Positions 1 to 10,528 are shown, numbered from the stretch's first letter. The stretch is DNA of 52,405 bases from an uncultured cyanobacterium (GCA_963766075.1 CAVYAN010000047.1:1-52405); one strand, 5' to 3'. The notes: a model not told the origin generated them from the letters alone. Translations and numbers: made by a program.

Positions 1-10
1 GATGTATTGC

Positions 11-1732
11 TCAAAGGGACGGCAGACTCAGCAAATACGCATGTACATCAAAATGATCTGGGGCAGGACTGCCGGAGGGAATCAGTTGGTGGATGTCGGG
101 AATTTGTTGCAGCAGGCCAATCAGGGGCGGATGACATTCCACGATTACGGTGGCCCCCTGCTGGGCTAAAAGGGGAACGTAGCGAATGAATTGAATCGTG
201 TCGCCCATGCCCTGTTCGGCATAGAGGAAGATGGTTTTGCCTTGGAGAGAAGATCCATCCCACAGGGGCTGTGGATAGGGGCGCGGGGGATTTTGCTCGC
301 GGAATTTGCTCCATTGCAGTCGCCATTCGTAGCCCGCAAAGCCGGTTTCAATGTCGCCAACTAAAAGCTGGGTCAGCGCCTTGTTCCAATGGGCTTCGAC
401 AAAATCAGGATTCAGGCGGATGGCGTTGTCGTAGGCGGCAAAGGATTCGGGGATTTGGCCGCAGTTGCGATGGGTGATGCCCAGGTTGTTGAAGACGCCT
501 GCAAAGTTGGGCTGGATGGCGATCGCCTGCTCAAAATGGGTAAAGGCTTCGTCATAGCGATCCAGTTGTTGCAGCATGTTGCCCAAGTTGCTGTGGATTT
601 CGGCAAAGTTGGGATTGATTTCGAGGGCGCGTTGATAAGCGGCGATCGCCTCCTCCAATTTGCCTTGCTCTTGATAGACGTTGCCCAGATTGTTGTGCAC
701 TTCGGCGTATTCTTCTCGAATCGCCAAGGCTTGCTGAAAATGGGCGATCGCCTCGGCAAATTGCTTCTGCTCTTTCAGGGCAGCGCCCAAATTGCTGTGG
801 GCCTCTGGCATGGTGGGATGCAGTTCAATCGCCTTGCGATATTTCTCCATGGCCTCGGCCAATTTGCCTTGCTCTTGCAGGGCATTGCCCCAGTTATTGA
901 AGGCTTCGGGATAGCAGGGCCGGTACTCAATCGCTTTCTCATACAGGGGAATGGCCGCGGCCACCTGCTTCTGCTGCAACAAGGCGTTGGCGAGGCCGTG
1001 GTGCGCCTCGGGGTAAGTGGGCACTAGGGCGATCGCCCGCCGATAATGCACCATGGCCGTTTCAATATCGCCCGTTTGTAGCAGCAGGTTGCCCAAACTG
1101 TTTAAGGCTTCCGGATAGTCCGGTTTGAGCAGAATCGTCTGCTGTAAATACTCCAAGCCCTCCTGGATATGGCCTTGGCGGTGCAGGGCAATGCCCAGAT
1201 TATGGTGGGCTTCGGGGTAATTCGGTTTGAGTAGAATCGCCGTGCGGTAATGGGCAATGGCGTCATCCAACTGCCCCAAGTCCTTGAGGGCGGCTCCCAA
1301 ATTATTTTCGGCTTCGGCGTAGTTGGGTTTGAGCTGGAGGGCTTGGCGATAGGCCGCGATCGCGGCGTCAAATTCCCCAAAGTCGCGCAGGGCATTGGCC
1401 AGATTGTTGTGAATTTCGGCGCGATCGGGTTGGAGATCTAGGGCTTGCCGATAGTAATGGGTCGCTTCTTGGGTTCTGCCCAACCCCTTGAGGGCCACGC
1501 CCATGCTGTTATAGGCATCGGAGGAGGGTTCCAGATGCATCACTTGCTCAAACTGCTCCAAGGCTTCTTCCAGTCGCCCCTGCTGATATAACAACGCCCC
1601 CAGCAAGTTCCGGGCATCCACATAATCCGGCTGTCGCTGAATCAAAGCCCGATAAATCCGCTCGGCTTCGCTCACTTGTCCAGCTTGTTGCCGTTGGAGG
1701 GCCGTGCTGAGGGTCTCGGTAACAGTTGCCAT
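11..1732 (-). CDS. Multi-TPR protein with the start of a C-terminal glycosyltransferase-like domain (apparently cut short near the window edge)
   Basis: Many tandem TPRs (P.YAEAHNNLG) followed by GYEWR...LWDGSSLQGKTIFLYAEQGMGDTIQFIRY. The stop at 11-13 falls mid-domain. Confidence 0.85.
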   Translation of the reverse strand: MATVTETLSTALQRQQAGQVSEAERIYRALIQRQPDYVDARNLLGALLYQQGRLEEALEQFEQVMHLEPSSDAYNSMGVALKGLGRTQEATHYYRQALDLQPDRAEIHNNLANALRDFGEFDAAIAAYRQALQLKPNYAEAENNLGAALKDLGQLDDAIAHYRTAILLKPNYPEAHHNLGIALHRQGHIQEGLEYLQQTILLKPDYPEALNSLGNLLLQTGDIETAMVHYRRAIALVPTYPEAHHGLANALLQQKQVAAAIPLYEKAIEYRPCYPEAFNNWGNALQEQGKLAEAMEKYRKAIELHPTMPEAHSNLGAALKEQKQFAEAIAHFQQALAIREEYAEVHNNLGNVYQEQGKLEEAIAAYQRALEINPNFAEIHSNLGNMLQQLDRYDEAFTHFEQAIAIQPNFAGVFNNLGITHRNCGQIPESFAAYDNAIRLNPDFVEAHWNKALTQLLVGDIETGFAGYEWRLQWSKFREQNPPRPYPQPLWDGSSLQGKTIFLYAEQGMGDTIQFIRYVPLLAQQGATVIVECHPPLIGLLQQIPDIHQLIPSGSPAPDHFDVHAYLLSLPSL

Positions 1733-2188
1733 GGGAAAATCCGTGCGGTTGCAGGAGCGTTCTACTGGCTGACTATTGTACTCACATTCTCAGGGCGCGG
1801 CCATGGTGAATAAACTGTGTCGATGGATAAGCATCCCCCTGGTTGGCTGGACAAAAGCTCTAAAAAACTCACTGTGCAGAGGTTTTAGGTTAGGTCGATT
1901 TTAATCAATTTCGGGTTCCTTAGCAAATCTCTAAAATTTCTTCCAACAAAAGTTATCAGGGCATAGTCGCGGGAAAGACTGAAGCCCCTTCTGGACAAGG
2001 CCCTCAAGGGATTTGTCCGTTAATCACTTGAGTATTGTGAAGGTATAATCCCGTTACTTGGACAGGGCTTTCTGCCCAAGTAATGCAGAGTTGTAAATTC
2101 CAGCATTTGCCGATATCAAACAGTAGAATGCGGGTTTCAGGCACTGAGCGTGAAATGAAATGGCCATTCTTTTCACTTAAAATGGTAG

Positions 2189-4336
2189 TTAATTATGCCC
2201 TGAAATCAATCCACTCAGTTTGCTTTTAAAGAGTGGATACAATCTATCAATCGCAGCCTGCGTTATGTGATAGTCATCAAACATATAAGAGTGATTTTCA
2301 TTTTCTAAAAGGCAACTCATCTTATCGATTTCACAAAGTACGCTTAACGGTTCGACAACGGAAAGATACGCTCTACCCTTTGGTAATAGGGACTCCAAGT
2401 GTTGATTATGCGCCAAAATAAATTTATTCTCTGTCGAATCGTCTAATTGAATCCTATTGCAATCCCCTGTCATTCGTTGTGGTGCATTAAACCATTCAGG
2501 ATATAGACATGCTCTAGGCTGAGACTGGGAAGTCTGATTAGATCCGACTACCAAAAGAGCGGCACCTTTGCTGCGGGCAATCTCATAAAGACTCAAGATT
2601 TCTTGATCATAAATAGCAAGTCCCTGCATATCCTGATTAGATGGAAGTCTAATATACTGATTTTTTGAAAAATATAACCTTAATGCTAAGACATCTCCGG
2701 GCTGAAGATTGTCTTGAAGCGCCTTCTTAATAAGAGTAGAGCTGATCTCGCAATATCCCGTACTACTGGAAGGGATATTGCGCTTGTCAAGTGGATACGG
2801 GCATCCATACCCAATAACTGTCTTGAAATCGTATCCAATATCAAATGCCGCTAGAGCCATATGCGGCCCTATCACCTGGGCAAAACTATCTCCCACCAGA
2901 ACAACTTTATTTTTACTACTGGAAAGGCAACTGCGGAAAAAATTCTCATCTAACGTCGGTTTCGGACGGTAATCCGTCCCACGTAACTGATAAGGAGTCA
3001 TATTGCAATCAACAATATTCTTATTCGCGCGCGCTATTACCGCCGCCCGATCAGCCTGCTGCAGAGCCTGCTCAATTAAAGTGCCCTGGCCTTTTTGCAC
3101 CCTGGAGACAGTAGCTGCACTGGAGCTGGTACCCAAGTAAAGTTTAGGAAATTCTTTTTCACCCACCGAAAATAGAAATCCCGAGGTAACTAAAGCGCAT
3201 CCAAAACCACTCAGAAATACGAGCCGGCTAGGGATTTTTCTCTGCATCCCGCGCACGGGTTTCTCAATTGTTTTATAGGATAAATAGGCTAGTAGAATCG
3301 AAAAAAGCATCAATACAGGGGCCGACCACCAACTAATACCAATTGTCCAGCGACTGATTACAAGTACGCTCCAGTGCCATAAGTAAAGTGAGTAAGAAAT
3401 AAGACCAATAAATATAATTGGTCGAAGAGTGAGGACTCGATAAGCCGATGTTGCGGGGCGAATCATGCCAATCAGCAGGGCGCTTAAGGCAACCGCAGCA
3501 ATAGTTGTGTAAACCTGGTATCCTGGCGGCACAAACAGGATAGAAATCAACAGAAAAATTAGAATGATGGAAGAATTTTTAGGAAAGTTTATTGCCTGCC
3601 TAGGAAATTTTTCTAGGCAGATAAACAGCAAACAACCAGCGCCCATCTCCCAGAATCGAGATGGCAACAGGAAGTATGCCGCGGGTTGATTCGTATAACT
3701 CCAATAAATAAACATAGCCAATGAAGCCGTGCACAGTGCACTAATCCCCACGGACAGATTTCTAGCGCCATTTTTTCTCTTCTGAGCAAATCCCGTAAAC
3801 CAAATCAGTGCCGGGAAAAGAAAATAAAACTGTTCTTCCACCCCTAGAGACCAGGTCTGGGTAAAAAGATTCAACTCTGCTGAGGCACCGAAATAATCCG
3901 TCGCCTTCATAAAAAGGTATAGATTAGATAATCCAAAGAGGGCGACGATACCTGTTCTGGATGAATCATTAGCAAGATCACTACTGAGCGGAATAAACAA
4001 ATATCCAACCAGACAAGTAATGAAAACGCATACAACTAGAGCAGGAACCAGTCTCTTGACTCGTCTCGAATAAAAGCCCAGTATAAAGTCCTTGAATGAT
4101 GAATACTGTCTACTTGCTAAGGACACAGTAATCACATATCCCGAAATCACAAAGAATATATCAACACCCAAGTAGCCACTGGGCAGCAGATCTTTATTAA
4201 AGTGGTTGATTAAAACGGCAATCACTGCCAATGCACGGATGCCATCAATTTCTGGGCGATAGTTGCGCCCCTTCTCCTGTGAAGCTTCAATTCGGGTCTG
4301 TTCCATGTGAATTTGATCAATCTGTTCTGAAGGCAT
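2189..4336 (-). CDS. Acyltransferase-3 family O-acyltransferase with C-terminal SGNH domain (OafA/OatA-like)
   Basis: YRPEIDGIRALAV, GYLGVDIFFVISGYVIT, TWSLGVEEQFY, ISYSLYLWHW; C-terminal VGDSFA and DDYH motifs. Confidence 0.9.
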   Translation of the reverse strand: MPSEQIDQIHMEQTRIEASQEKGRNYRPEIDGIRALAVIAVLINHFNKDLLPSGYLGVDIFFVISGYVITVSLASRQYSSFKDFILGFYSRRVKRLVPALVVCVFITCLVGYLFIPLSSDLANDSSRTGIVALFGLSNLYLFMKATDYFGASAELNLFTQTWSLGVEEQFYFLFPALIWFTGFAQKRKNGARNLSVGISALCTASLAMFIYWSYTNQPAAYFLLPSRFWEMGAGCLLFICLEKFPRQAINFPKNSSIILIFLLISILFVPPGYQVYTTIAAVALSALLIGMIRPATSAYRVLTLRPIIFIGLISYSLYLWHWSVLVISRWTIGISWWSAPVLMLFSILLAYLSYKTIEKPVRGMQRKIPSRLVFLSGFGCALVTSGFLFSVGEKEFPKLYLGTSSSAATVSRVQKGQGTLIEQALQQADRAAVIARANKNIVDCNMTPYQLRGTDYRPKPTLDENFFRSCLSSSKNKVVLVGDSFAQVIGPHMALAAFDIGYDFKTVIGYGCPYPLDKRNIPSSSTGYCEISSTLIKKALQDNLQPGDVLALRLYFSKNQYIRLPSNQDMQGLAIYDQEILSLYEIARSKGAALLVVGSNQTSQSQPRACLYPEWFNAPQRMTGDCNRIQLDDSTENKFILAHNQHLESLLPKGRAYLSVVEPLSVLCEIDKMSCLLENENHSYMFDDYHITQAAIDRLYPLFKSKLSGLISGHN

Positions 4337-5371
4337 TGATTTATCAGTAGCTCGCTGGCATTAAATTTCGGATGTTAACGTTTAGTGTCGGAGGTCTAGA
4401 ATTACATCAGCCTTTTGGGTAAAAAATCAAATCTCCGAAACATTTGTTGTCATTCGAATACGATATTATTAGCTTTGCTAATCTTCTTTTAAGAGAGAAG
4501 ATTTTCATTAAAAAATGACATGCTCCCTATCAGTTTTAGCCCGAATTTTTCTCCAGTATTTTTTAGAATGGCTTCTAAGCTTTATGCAGTAACGTCCTTG
4601 CCGAGATGCTCGAACAAATAGGCTATTATTTTTCAGCATCCCGCTGAATTGCAGCAAAAGCAAACTTGGACATGGTTCTTGAAGAATCAGGTATGAGACT
4701 TGTGAGAAATCCGAGTTTAGTCTTTTCTCCCCTTCTTGATGCCCATTGGGTCATAGATTGGGAAGAATGAGTGTAAAACATGAGAACAATTTCAACACCG
4801 TTAGCTTAATTGAGACGGAGCCTACTTCACAATGGTTGATGTAAAGGTTCATTATAAGTTTAAGAAAATGCTTAAAAGGGCCTTAACTGTGCTCCACTAT
4901 ACAATATCATCCTTGATCGATCACATTCACCCTTTTAAGTAGAAAAATCAACCCCCCAAAGGCGTTCTCCCATGGCCACGGACCTTGGCGACACAGTGAT
5001 CCCCCCTGGCAGAGCGGCAGCAAATATCTCAAGATTGGCTGGAATTAGATCAACAGTATCACCACTCGCGGATATAGTAATCTGATGTGCTTTGTGAGCA
5101 GTTTTCAAGTTGAAAGCCTTGTTCCATCTGGAGAGTGATCTCACGATTCACGTAGGATTGCTATATTGAGTGATAAAGCAGCCTAACTTTGCCGCGATCC
5201 ATGATCAATTTGTTAGCCCCGAGCTAGGCAAAATTGCTGGGAAAGCTGCATGATTCTCCGTTGCAAACGATCGCTGGCAAATGATCGCGAAACCATGGTA
5301 GAAAGCATTTCGGGGATTTTATTTTTTATTCAAAGCGGTGAAACACTCCCAGTTTTATGGGCCTTTGGTAG

Positions 5372-5488
5372 TTAATTATGCTCTGAAATCAATCTATTCA
5401 GCTTGCTTTTAAAGAGTGGATACAATCTATCAACCGAAGCTAGTGTGATGTGATAATTATCAAACATGTAAGGATAGCCTTCATCTTC
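5372..5488 (-). pseudogene. Remnant of the 3' end of a paralogous acyltransferase gene
   Basis: Translates EDEGYPYMFDNYHITLASVDRLYPLFKSKLNRLISEHN*, versus ENENHSYMFDDYHITQAAIDRLYPLFKSKLSGLISGHN* at 2189-2305. No start codon before an upstream in-frame stop. Confidence 0.85.
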
Positions 5489-5734
5489 CGGCTTTTCTGG
5501 GCTTATGGTAAAGATGTAGCCTGCGATACAAAATAGTACTTCTGCACGGCTAGAAAGCCTTGCCGTTTAATTAGGTCGTCTATCCAACAATAGATAAAGA
5601 CCTTGAGAAAGGCAATAAAAATGGTTCCAAGGAGCGATATAAGGCCAGTCAGCACATCTATACTGGAAAATCGCTTATCTCAAAGTCCGGTTCATAACGC
5701 TCATTAAATACTCAAAAATCAAAAATACTCAAAA

Positions 5735-5779
5735 ACGAAGGGATGTGCTTCAGAATTTTTCTGAAGCACATCCCTTCGT
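5735..5779. terminator. Perfect 21-bp inverted repeat, terminator-like hairpin downstream of pirA
   Basis: ACGAAGGGATGTGCTTCAGAA-ttt-TTCTGAAGCACATCCCTTCGT. Confidence 0.6.
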
Positions 5780-5924
5780 CAAACACCCCTGCCGTATGGC
5801 AAAGCAATTTGGCAAGGCATTTCGGAAATAGCCTGGTCTAACTAGATGGGGGCAATTCAATGAGAAATACAACTTCGGCAGACCTCACCCTCACCCCCTC
5901 TGACTGCGAAGGGGCCAGAAGTGC

Positions 5925-6080
5925 TTAGCGAATGTATTGGGCTTCGGCTTCCAGTTGACGAACTAGGCGATCATCGCCCTTGGCTCGGGCCACATCTAGG
6001 CGATGTTGCAGGTTTTTTTGGAGATTGTCGCGGTGGGTAGCGGCGACTTTAACCGGGTTTTCGTTGCGATATTTGCTCAT
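5925..6080 (-). CDS. pirA: PII-interacting regulator of arginine synthesis PirA (51 aa; below the ORF-track cutoff)
   Basis: Manual translation MSKYRNENPVKVAATHRDNLQKNLQHRLDVARAKGDDRLVRQLEAEAQYIR matches the recalled Ssr0692/PirA pattern (HRDNL..NL.HRL.VARA.GD.RLVRQLEAE). An NtcA box lies upstream. Confidence 0.85.
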   Translation of the reverse strand: MSKYRNENPVKVAATHRDNLQKNLQHRLDVARAKGDDRLVRQLEAEAQYIR

Positions 6081-6148
6081 AGTGAACTACTTTTTAATGA
6101 GAGATGTGCATAGCCGACCTTTAGACTATAGCAAGCATCCGCAAAAAT

Positions 6149-6162
6149 GTATTATTTGCTAC
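6149..6162. promoter_or_regulatory. NtcA binding site upstream of pirA
   Basis: GTA-TTATTTGC-TAC (GTA-N8-TAC); minus-strand extended -10 TGcTATAGT at 6125-6133. Confidence 0.75.
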
Positions 6163-6202
6163 GAATTATTATGAGAAAAACGGCGAAAGTCTTTACCTAA
6201 GG

Positions 6203-7537
6203 TTACATTTCCGCGTCTTTCCGGGCCAAGCTGCCGTATAGCCCGTCGATAAACTGGCGGGCCGTGCGTCCGGAACGGCCATTGTGCCGCGTGGCCCACT
6301 GCAATGCCTGAAACCGCAACTCTGCGGAACTGATGACAAGGCCCGCGCGATGGGCCAAGTGCTGCACCATCTCTAAGTAAGTGTCTTGATTCGCCGGTTC
6401 AAAGGTGAGGGTCAAACCAAAGCGATCGCTAAAAGACAGCTTTTCCTGCACTGTGTCCCACTGATGGACTTCCCCGGCATCACTCAGACGGGGGCGATCG
6501 TCAAAGAATTCCCGCACCAAGTGCCGCCGATTCGTCGTGGCATAGACTACCACATTGGCAGGGCGTGCGGTCAGGTTGCCTTCTAGGACAACTTTTAGCG
6601 ATTTAAAGGCTTCGTCATCTTCCTCAAAGGATAAATCATCCACAAAGATGATAAATTTCTGGGGCACCGTCCGCAGCTGATCCACGATCAACGGCAGAGC
6701 ATTGAGTTCTGACTTGGTGACTTCAATCAGGCGCAGACCGCGATCGCCGTAATCCTGTAAGAGACTCTTCACGAGGGACGATTTGCCCGTGCCCCGACTG
6801 CCGTACAGCAGAACATGCAGCGCCGGATAGCCGTCCAATAGAGCCTCGGTGTTTTGGAGCAGCGTCTGTTTTTGGGCGTCGTAACCCACTAAATCGTCGG
6901 GGTGAATCCGATCCGGGTGGGAAATTCCCTGCAACTGGCCGGACTGCCAGCGAAAAGCGTGGTACTCGGCAAAAATGCCACAGCCACACTGCGCATAGTA
7001 GGCGGCGAGATCCGGCGCGATCGCCGCCCAATTCTGGACCGTTTCCAACTGTGCCCGCACCTGTTGAGCCAGCGCGTGTCGGTGGGAAGGCAACGGCGGA
7101 GCCACGGGCACGGCGGTATCATACCAGGCCGGGAGCTGTTCAAATGACGGGACTTTGCGTAAAACCCATTGCCGAATCAGATCGGCGCGGCAAAAATACA
7201 GGCTTTGCAAGATCGTTAAATCTCTGCCAACCGCCTCCCGCAAGGGTTCTGGCAAATCCGCCCAGGCCGTGGTTTGAACGTGACGGGTGAAGGGATTGTC
7301 CGCCAAATAAAGGCGATCGCTCACATAGTCTTGCCACCCCTGCTGGCGCGCCGCCAGGGCCTGAAACCAGGCACCATAGGCTTGGAGTAAATTTGAGCCA
7401 TCGGAATTGGTCTGGCGCAAGGTCTGCAACATCTGCAAAAACCGCTGGCCCACCTCATCCTGCAAAATCTCGCGGTAAATCAATAGTGATTGCAATTGCA
7501 GATCTAGCGCGGGCACAGCGATTTCAGGAAGGGACAT
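6203..7537 (-). CDS. DUF815-type AAA+ ATP-binding protein
   Basis: Walker A GSRGTGKSS, Walker B FIIFVDDLSF, YATTNRRHLV. Start taken at MSLPE. Confidence 0.85.
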   Translation of the reverse strand: MSLPEIAVPALDLQLQSLLIYREILQDEVGQRFLQMLQTLRQTNSDGSNLLQAYGAWFQALAARQQGWQDYVSDRLYLADNPFTRHVQTTAWADLPEPLREAVGRDLTILQSLYFCRADLIRQWVLRKVPSFEQLPAWYDTAVPVAPPLPSHRHALAQQVRAQLETVQNWAAIAPDLAAYYAQCGCGIFAEYHAFRWQSGQLQGISHPDRIHPDDLVGYDAQKQTLLQNTEALLDGYPALHVLLYGSRGTGKSSLVKSLLQDYGDRGLRLIEVTKSELNALPLIVDQLRTVPQKFIIFVDDLSFEEDDEAFKSLKVVLEGNLTARPANVVVYATTNRRHLVREFFDDRPRLSDAGEVHQWDTVQEKLSFSDRFGLTLTFEPANQDTYLEMVQHLAHRAGLVISSAELRFQALQWATRHNGRSGRTARQFIDGLYGSLARKDAEM

Positions 7538-7934
7538 GATCATTACCGATCTGAACGGTTTGGCAGCGGGTACATAGGCCAAAGAACTCTAGCATGTGGT
7601 AGTAAATTTTGAAGTCATAGGAGCGGTGCAATTGCACCTCTAGGTCATGGACCGGACAACCGTCAATCGGAATCGACTCGCCACACTGGACACAGGTCAG
7701 ATGATGCCGATCTTCCTGAACTAAGCTGTACAAAGCCTCGCCATTGGCGATCGTCCGCACTTGCACGGCCCCTTCCAACTTCAACGCCTCCAACGCACGA
7801 TACACCGTCGCCAAACCCATCGGTTGCTGGCGATTGCGCAATTCGACATACAGCGCTTGGGCAGAGATCGCTTCATTCAGCAACTTCAACACGGCGACGA
7901 TGCGGTCTTGACTGCGGGTGCGGCGGGTGTTCAT
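7524..7934 (-). CDS. zur: Fur-family regulator, cyanobacterial Zur/FurB type
   Basis: ISAQALY...GLATVYRALEALKL, HHLTCVQCG, YYHMLEFFGLCTRC. Start taken at MNTRRTRSQ. Confidence 0.8.
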   Translation of the reverse strand: MNTRRTRSQDRIVAVLKLLNEAISAQALYVELRNRQQPMGLATVYRALEALKLEGAVQVRTIANGEALYSLVQEDRHHLTCVQCGESIPIDGCPVHDLEVQLHRSYDFKIYYHMLEFFGLCTRCQTVQIGNDHVPS

Positions 7935-8043
7935 AGACTCACGGAGAAGAGATTCAGAGTTCATCAAAGCAGATTTCATCACGAAACCGGGGGAGGTTCG
8001 CGGTAGCATCAGTAGTGCACTTGCAGCCCTAGGGAACTTTGTC

Positions 8044-8310
8044 GTGACACAACATTACCAAGCTCAAATCTATGTTACCCTTCGCCCTTCCGTTCTGGAC
8101 CCCGCCGGGACAGCGGTACAGTCGGGCCTGTCTCACATGGGCTATGACAATGTAGAGCAGATTCGGATTGGTAAATATGTCGAGCTCACCTTGAATGCCG
8201 TCGATGAAGCCGCCGCCCGAGAGCAGATCGATCGCATGTGTGATCAACTTTTGGCAAATCCCGTGATTGAAAACTACCGATTTGAACTGCAAGCCCTGGG
8301 GCAATCCTAA
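8044..8310 (+). CDS. purS: Phosphoribosylformylglycinamidine synthase subunit PurS
   Basis: VTLRPSVLDPAG...IRIGKYVEL...MCDQLLANPVIENY; GTG start. Confidence 0.93.
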   Translation: MTQHYQAQIYVTLRPSVLDPAGTAVQSGLSHMGYDNVEQIRIGKYVELTLNAVDEAAAREQIDRMCDQLLANPVIENYRFELQALGQS

Positions 8311-8369
8311 CAGCAGCCAATCCCACGAATGAGCACCGGGAGAGCACCCGGAGATGGCCTAATCGCTAC

Positions 8370-8648
8370 CTAATCGTTGGGAGCAGACTGACTTGGGCGA
8401 GCTTCTACGGTAAAGGTTTCCCCCATCGTGGTGACGCGATCGCCCTCTGCCAACTTTCGCCCTCGCTGGATTTCCAGCTTGCCATTCACTCGAACTTCTC
8501 CCGCCTGAATCAACATCTTCGCTTGTCCGCCAGTTTGGGCGATCCCCACAAACTTTAAAAACTGATCCAGCTTAATTGGATTTTTTTGATTCGGCTCCAG
8601 CGGCTGATTTTGGCTGGACTGATTTTGACTGGACTGATTTTGGCTCAT
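8370..8648 (-). CDS. S4-domain RNA-binding protein (YbcJ/YaaA-like)
   Basis: IKLDQFLK...TGGQAKMLIQAGEVRVNG...RGRKL; N-terminal SSQNQ repeats. Confidence 0.85.
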   Translation of the reverse strand: MSQNQSSQNQSSQNQPLEPNQKNPIKLDQFLKFVGIAQTGGQAKMLIQAGEVRVNGKLEIQRGRKLAEGDRVTTMGETFTVEARPSQSAPND

Positions 8649-8819
8649 GCTGCTCCGGCTCACAACGTCTATCCACTAATGACTTGATCATCTGATTTGA
8701 TCATTAACGAGATCGAGCGATCGGTGGGGTTCAATCAGCGATCGCTGATCTCATTGTGCCATTTCTGAGCAATCCTCCCTCGCTTCCCTCTGCGCCCATC
8801 CCCCCATGTCCACTCCCCC

Positions 8820-10528
8820 ATGCCCACCCACGCCCAGCTCCGCCAAACCCTGCACCACCTTGACCAAGCCAGTTACCCTGCCTATAAAGATATCCTCGGC
8901 CACTACGATTTCCCCAACTTCAACCTCATTTTTGATCGGATTCAGGGAGATCCCTTTGCCGCCCCCAGCCAGTGCCGCATCCTGATCCCCAAGCCATCGC
9001 GGGCTTTCCCCCGAATCTGTTCTCCAATCACAGCCGCGAAATTGCCCTGCGAGATTACCTGACTCGCCAATTTGCCCAAGCCGCCAACACCCGACGGCAC
9101 CAACGCGGCAGTGGCAAAAGCGGCCTGTTGGCGATCGCCCCTACCAGTCAAGCCATCCTGGAGCGTAGTGCCGTCTTGGTTAATGCAGCGGCAATCGAAA
9201 TCCGATTTGTCGTCGGATTACCCGCCTTTGGGCGGCGAATTGCTGGCCTCCAAGCGGCTGAAATGCTGTGTAACGACCTTCCAGCAATCGTCCAAGCCCT
9301 ACTTTACCCATCCCTCAATGCCGCCGCCCTACAACAGCATGTCGAAACGGCGGAGGATGCCGATGCTCTGCGCGCCCAGTTAGCCGAACGGGGCTTGGTG
9401 GCATTTATCGCCAATGGGGCTGATTTGCCCCGCCGCAGTGGCGTGGATGAACGCCCACTCTTGACTACCCAAACCGAACTCAGCATCCCATTCCAATCCC
9501 CCGCTTCCTTACAGGTGGAACTGGACTGTCCTAACGGCGGTCGGGTCATGGGTATGGGCATCCCCATGGGAGTAACGCTGATTGTGGGAGGAGGCTACCA
9601 CGGCAAATCAACGGTTTTGCAAGCTGTGGAGCACGGGGTTTACAACCATGTGCCGGGGGATGGCCGGGAGCGCGTGGTTACCGATATGGCCGCCGTCAAA
9701 GTACGCGCAGAAGATGGCCGCAGTGTCGTGGGAGTCGATATTTCACCGTTTATCAATCACCTCCCCCAGGGGCGATCAACAACACAGTTTTCTACCCCCA
9801 ATGCCAGTGGCAGCACCTCCCAAGCGGCTAGCGTGATCGAAGCGCTGGAAGCCGGAGCGAGGGTGTTATTGGTGGATGAAGATACCGCCGCGACTAACTT
9901 TATGATCCGCGATCGCCGCATGCAAGCCTTGATCGCCAAAGCGCAGGAACCCATCACCCCCTTCATTGACAAAATTCGCCAGCTTTACACCGAGCACGGT
10001 GTTTCCACCCTCCTGGTGATAGGTGGCAGCGGCGACTACTTCGACGTGGCCGATACCGTGATTGCCATGCAAGAATTTGTCCCCCAGGACGTAACCGCCC
10101 GGGCGCAGCACATTGCCCACACCTACGTCACCGATCGCGCGGCTGAAGGCGGTGCTCACTTTGGCCCGTTGCTTCCCCGCAGGGTGTGCCTAGGGCTGGG
10201 GGAAAACCGCGTTCCCAAACGCAAGGTGCGGAATCTAGACACAATTGTTCTGGACCAGGAAGAAATTAATCTGGGGGCGGTAGAGCAACTGGTGGAAACA
10301 GGGCAATTACGGGCGATCGCCACCATGCTGGGGTATCTGCAATCCCGCTCGGGCAATTTTATCATTCCGGAAATATTAGACGAGATCCTGAAAACCTTGG
10401 ACCGAGATGGTTTTGATCATTTTACTCGTTTACCAGAGGGGGACTTAGCCCGGTTTCGCCGGTTCGAGTTAGCCGCTGCGCTGAACCGGTGGCGCAGGCT
10501 GGCTCCTGTTCCCCGGCACGAAATCTAA
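8820..10528 (+). CDS. Predicted ABC-class ATPase, split by a single-base frameshift at about 8987-8990
   Basis: ORF 8820-9062 (YPAYKD...IQGDPFAAPS) and ORF 8972-10528 (GGGYHGKST, NASGSTSQAA, LLVDEDTAATNFMIRD) join if one C is added to the C run. Confidence 0.8.

Noticed and set aside
4935..5144. 69-aa ORF and other short ORFs in the AT-rich islet
   Set aside because: No recognisable family or RBS; the resemblance of short motifs to ParA or acyltransferase is too weak.
5980..6174. Plus-strand 64-aa ORF
   Set aside because: Antisense shadow of pirA and its promoter.
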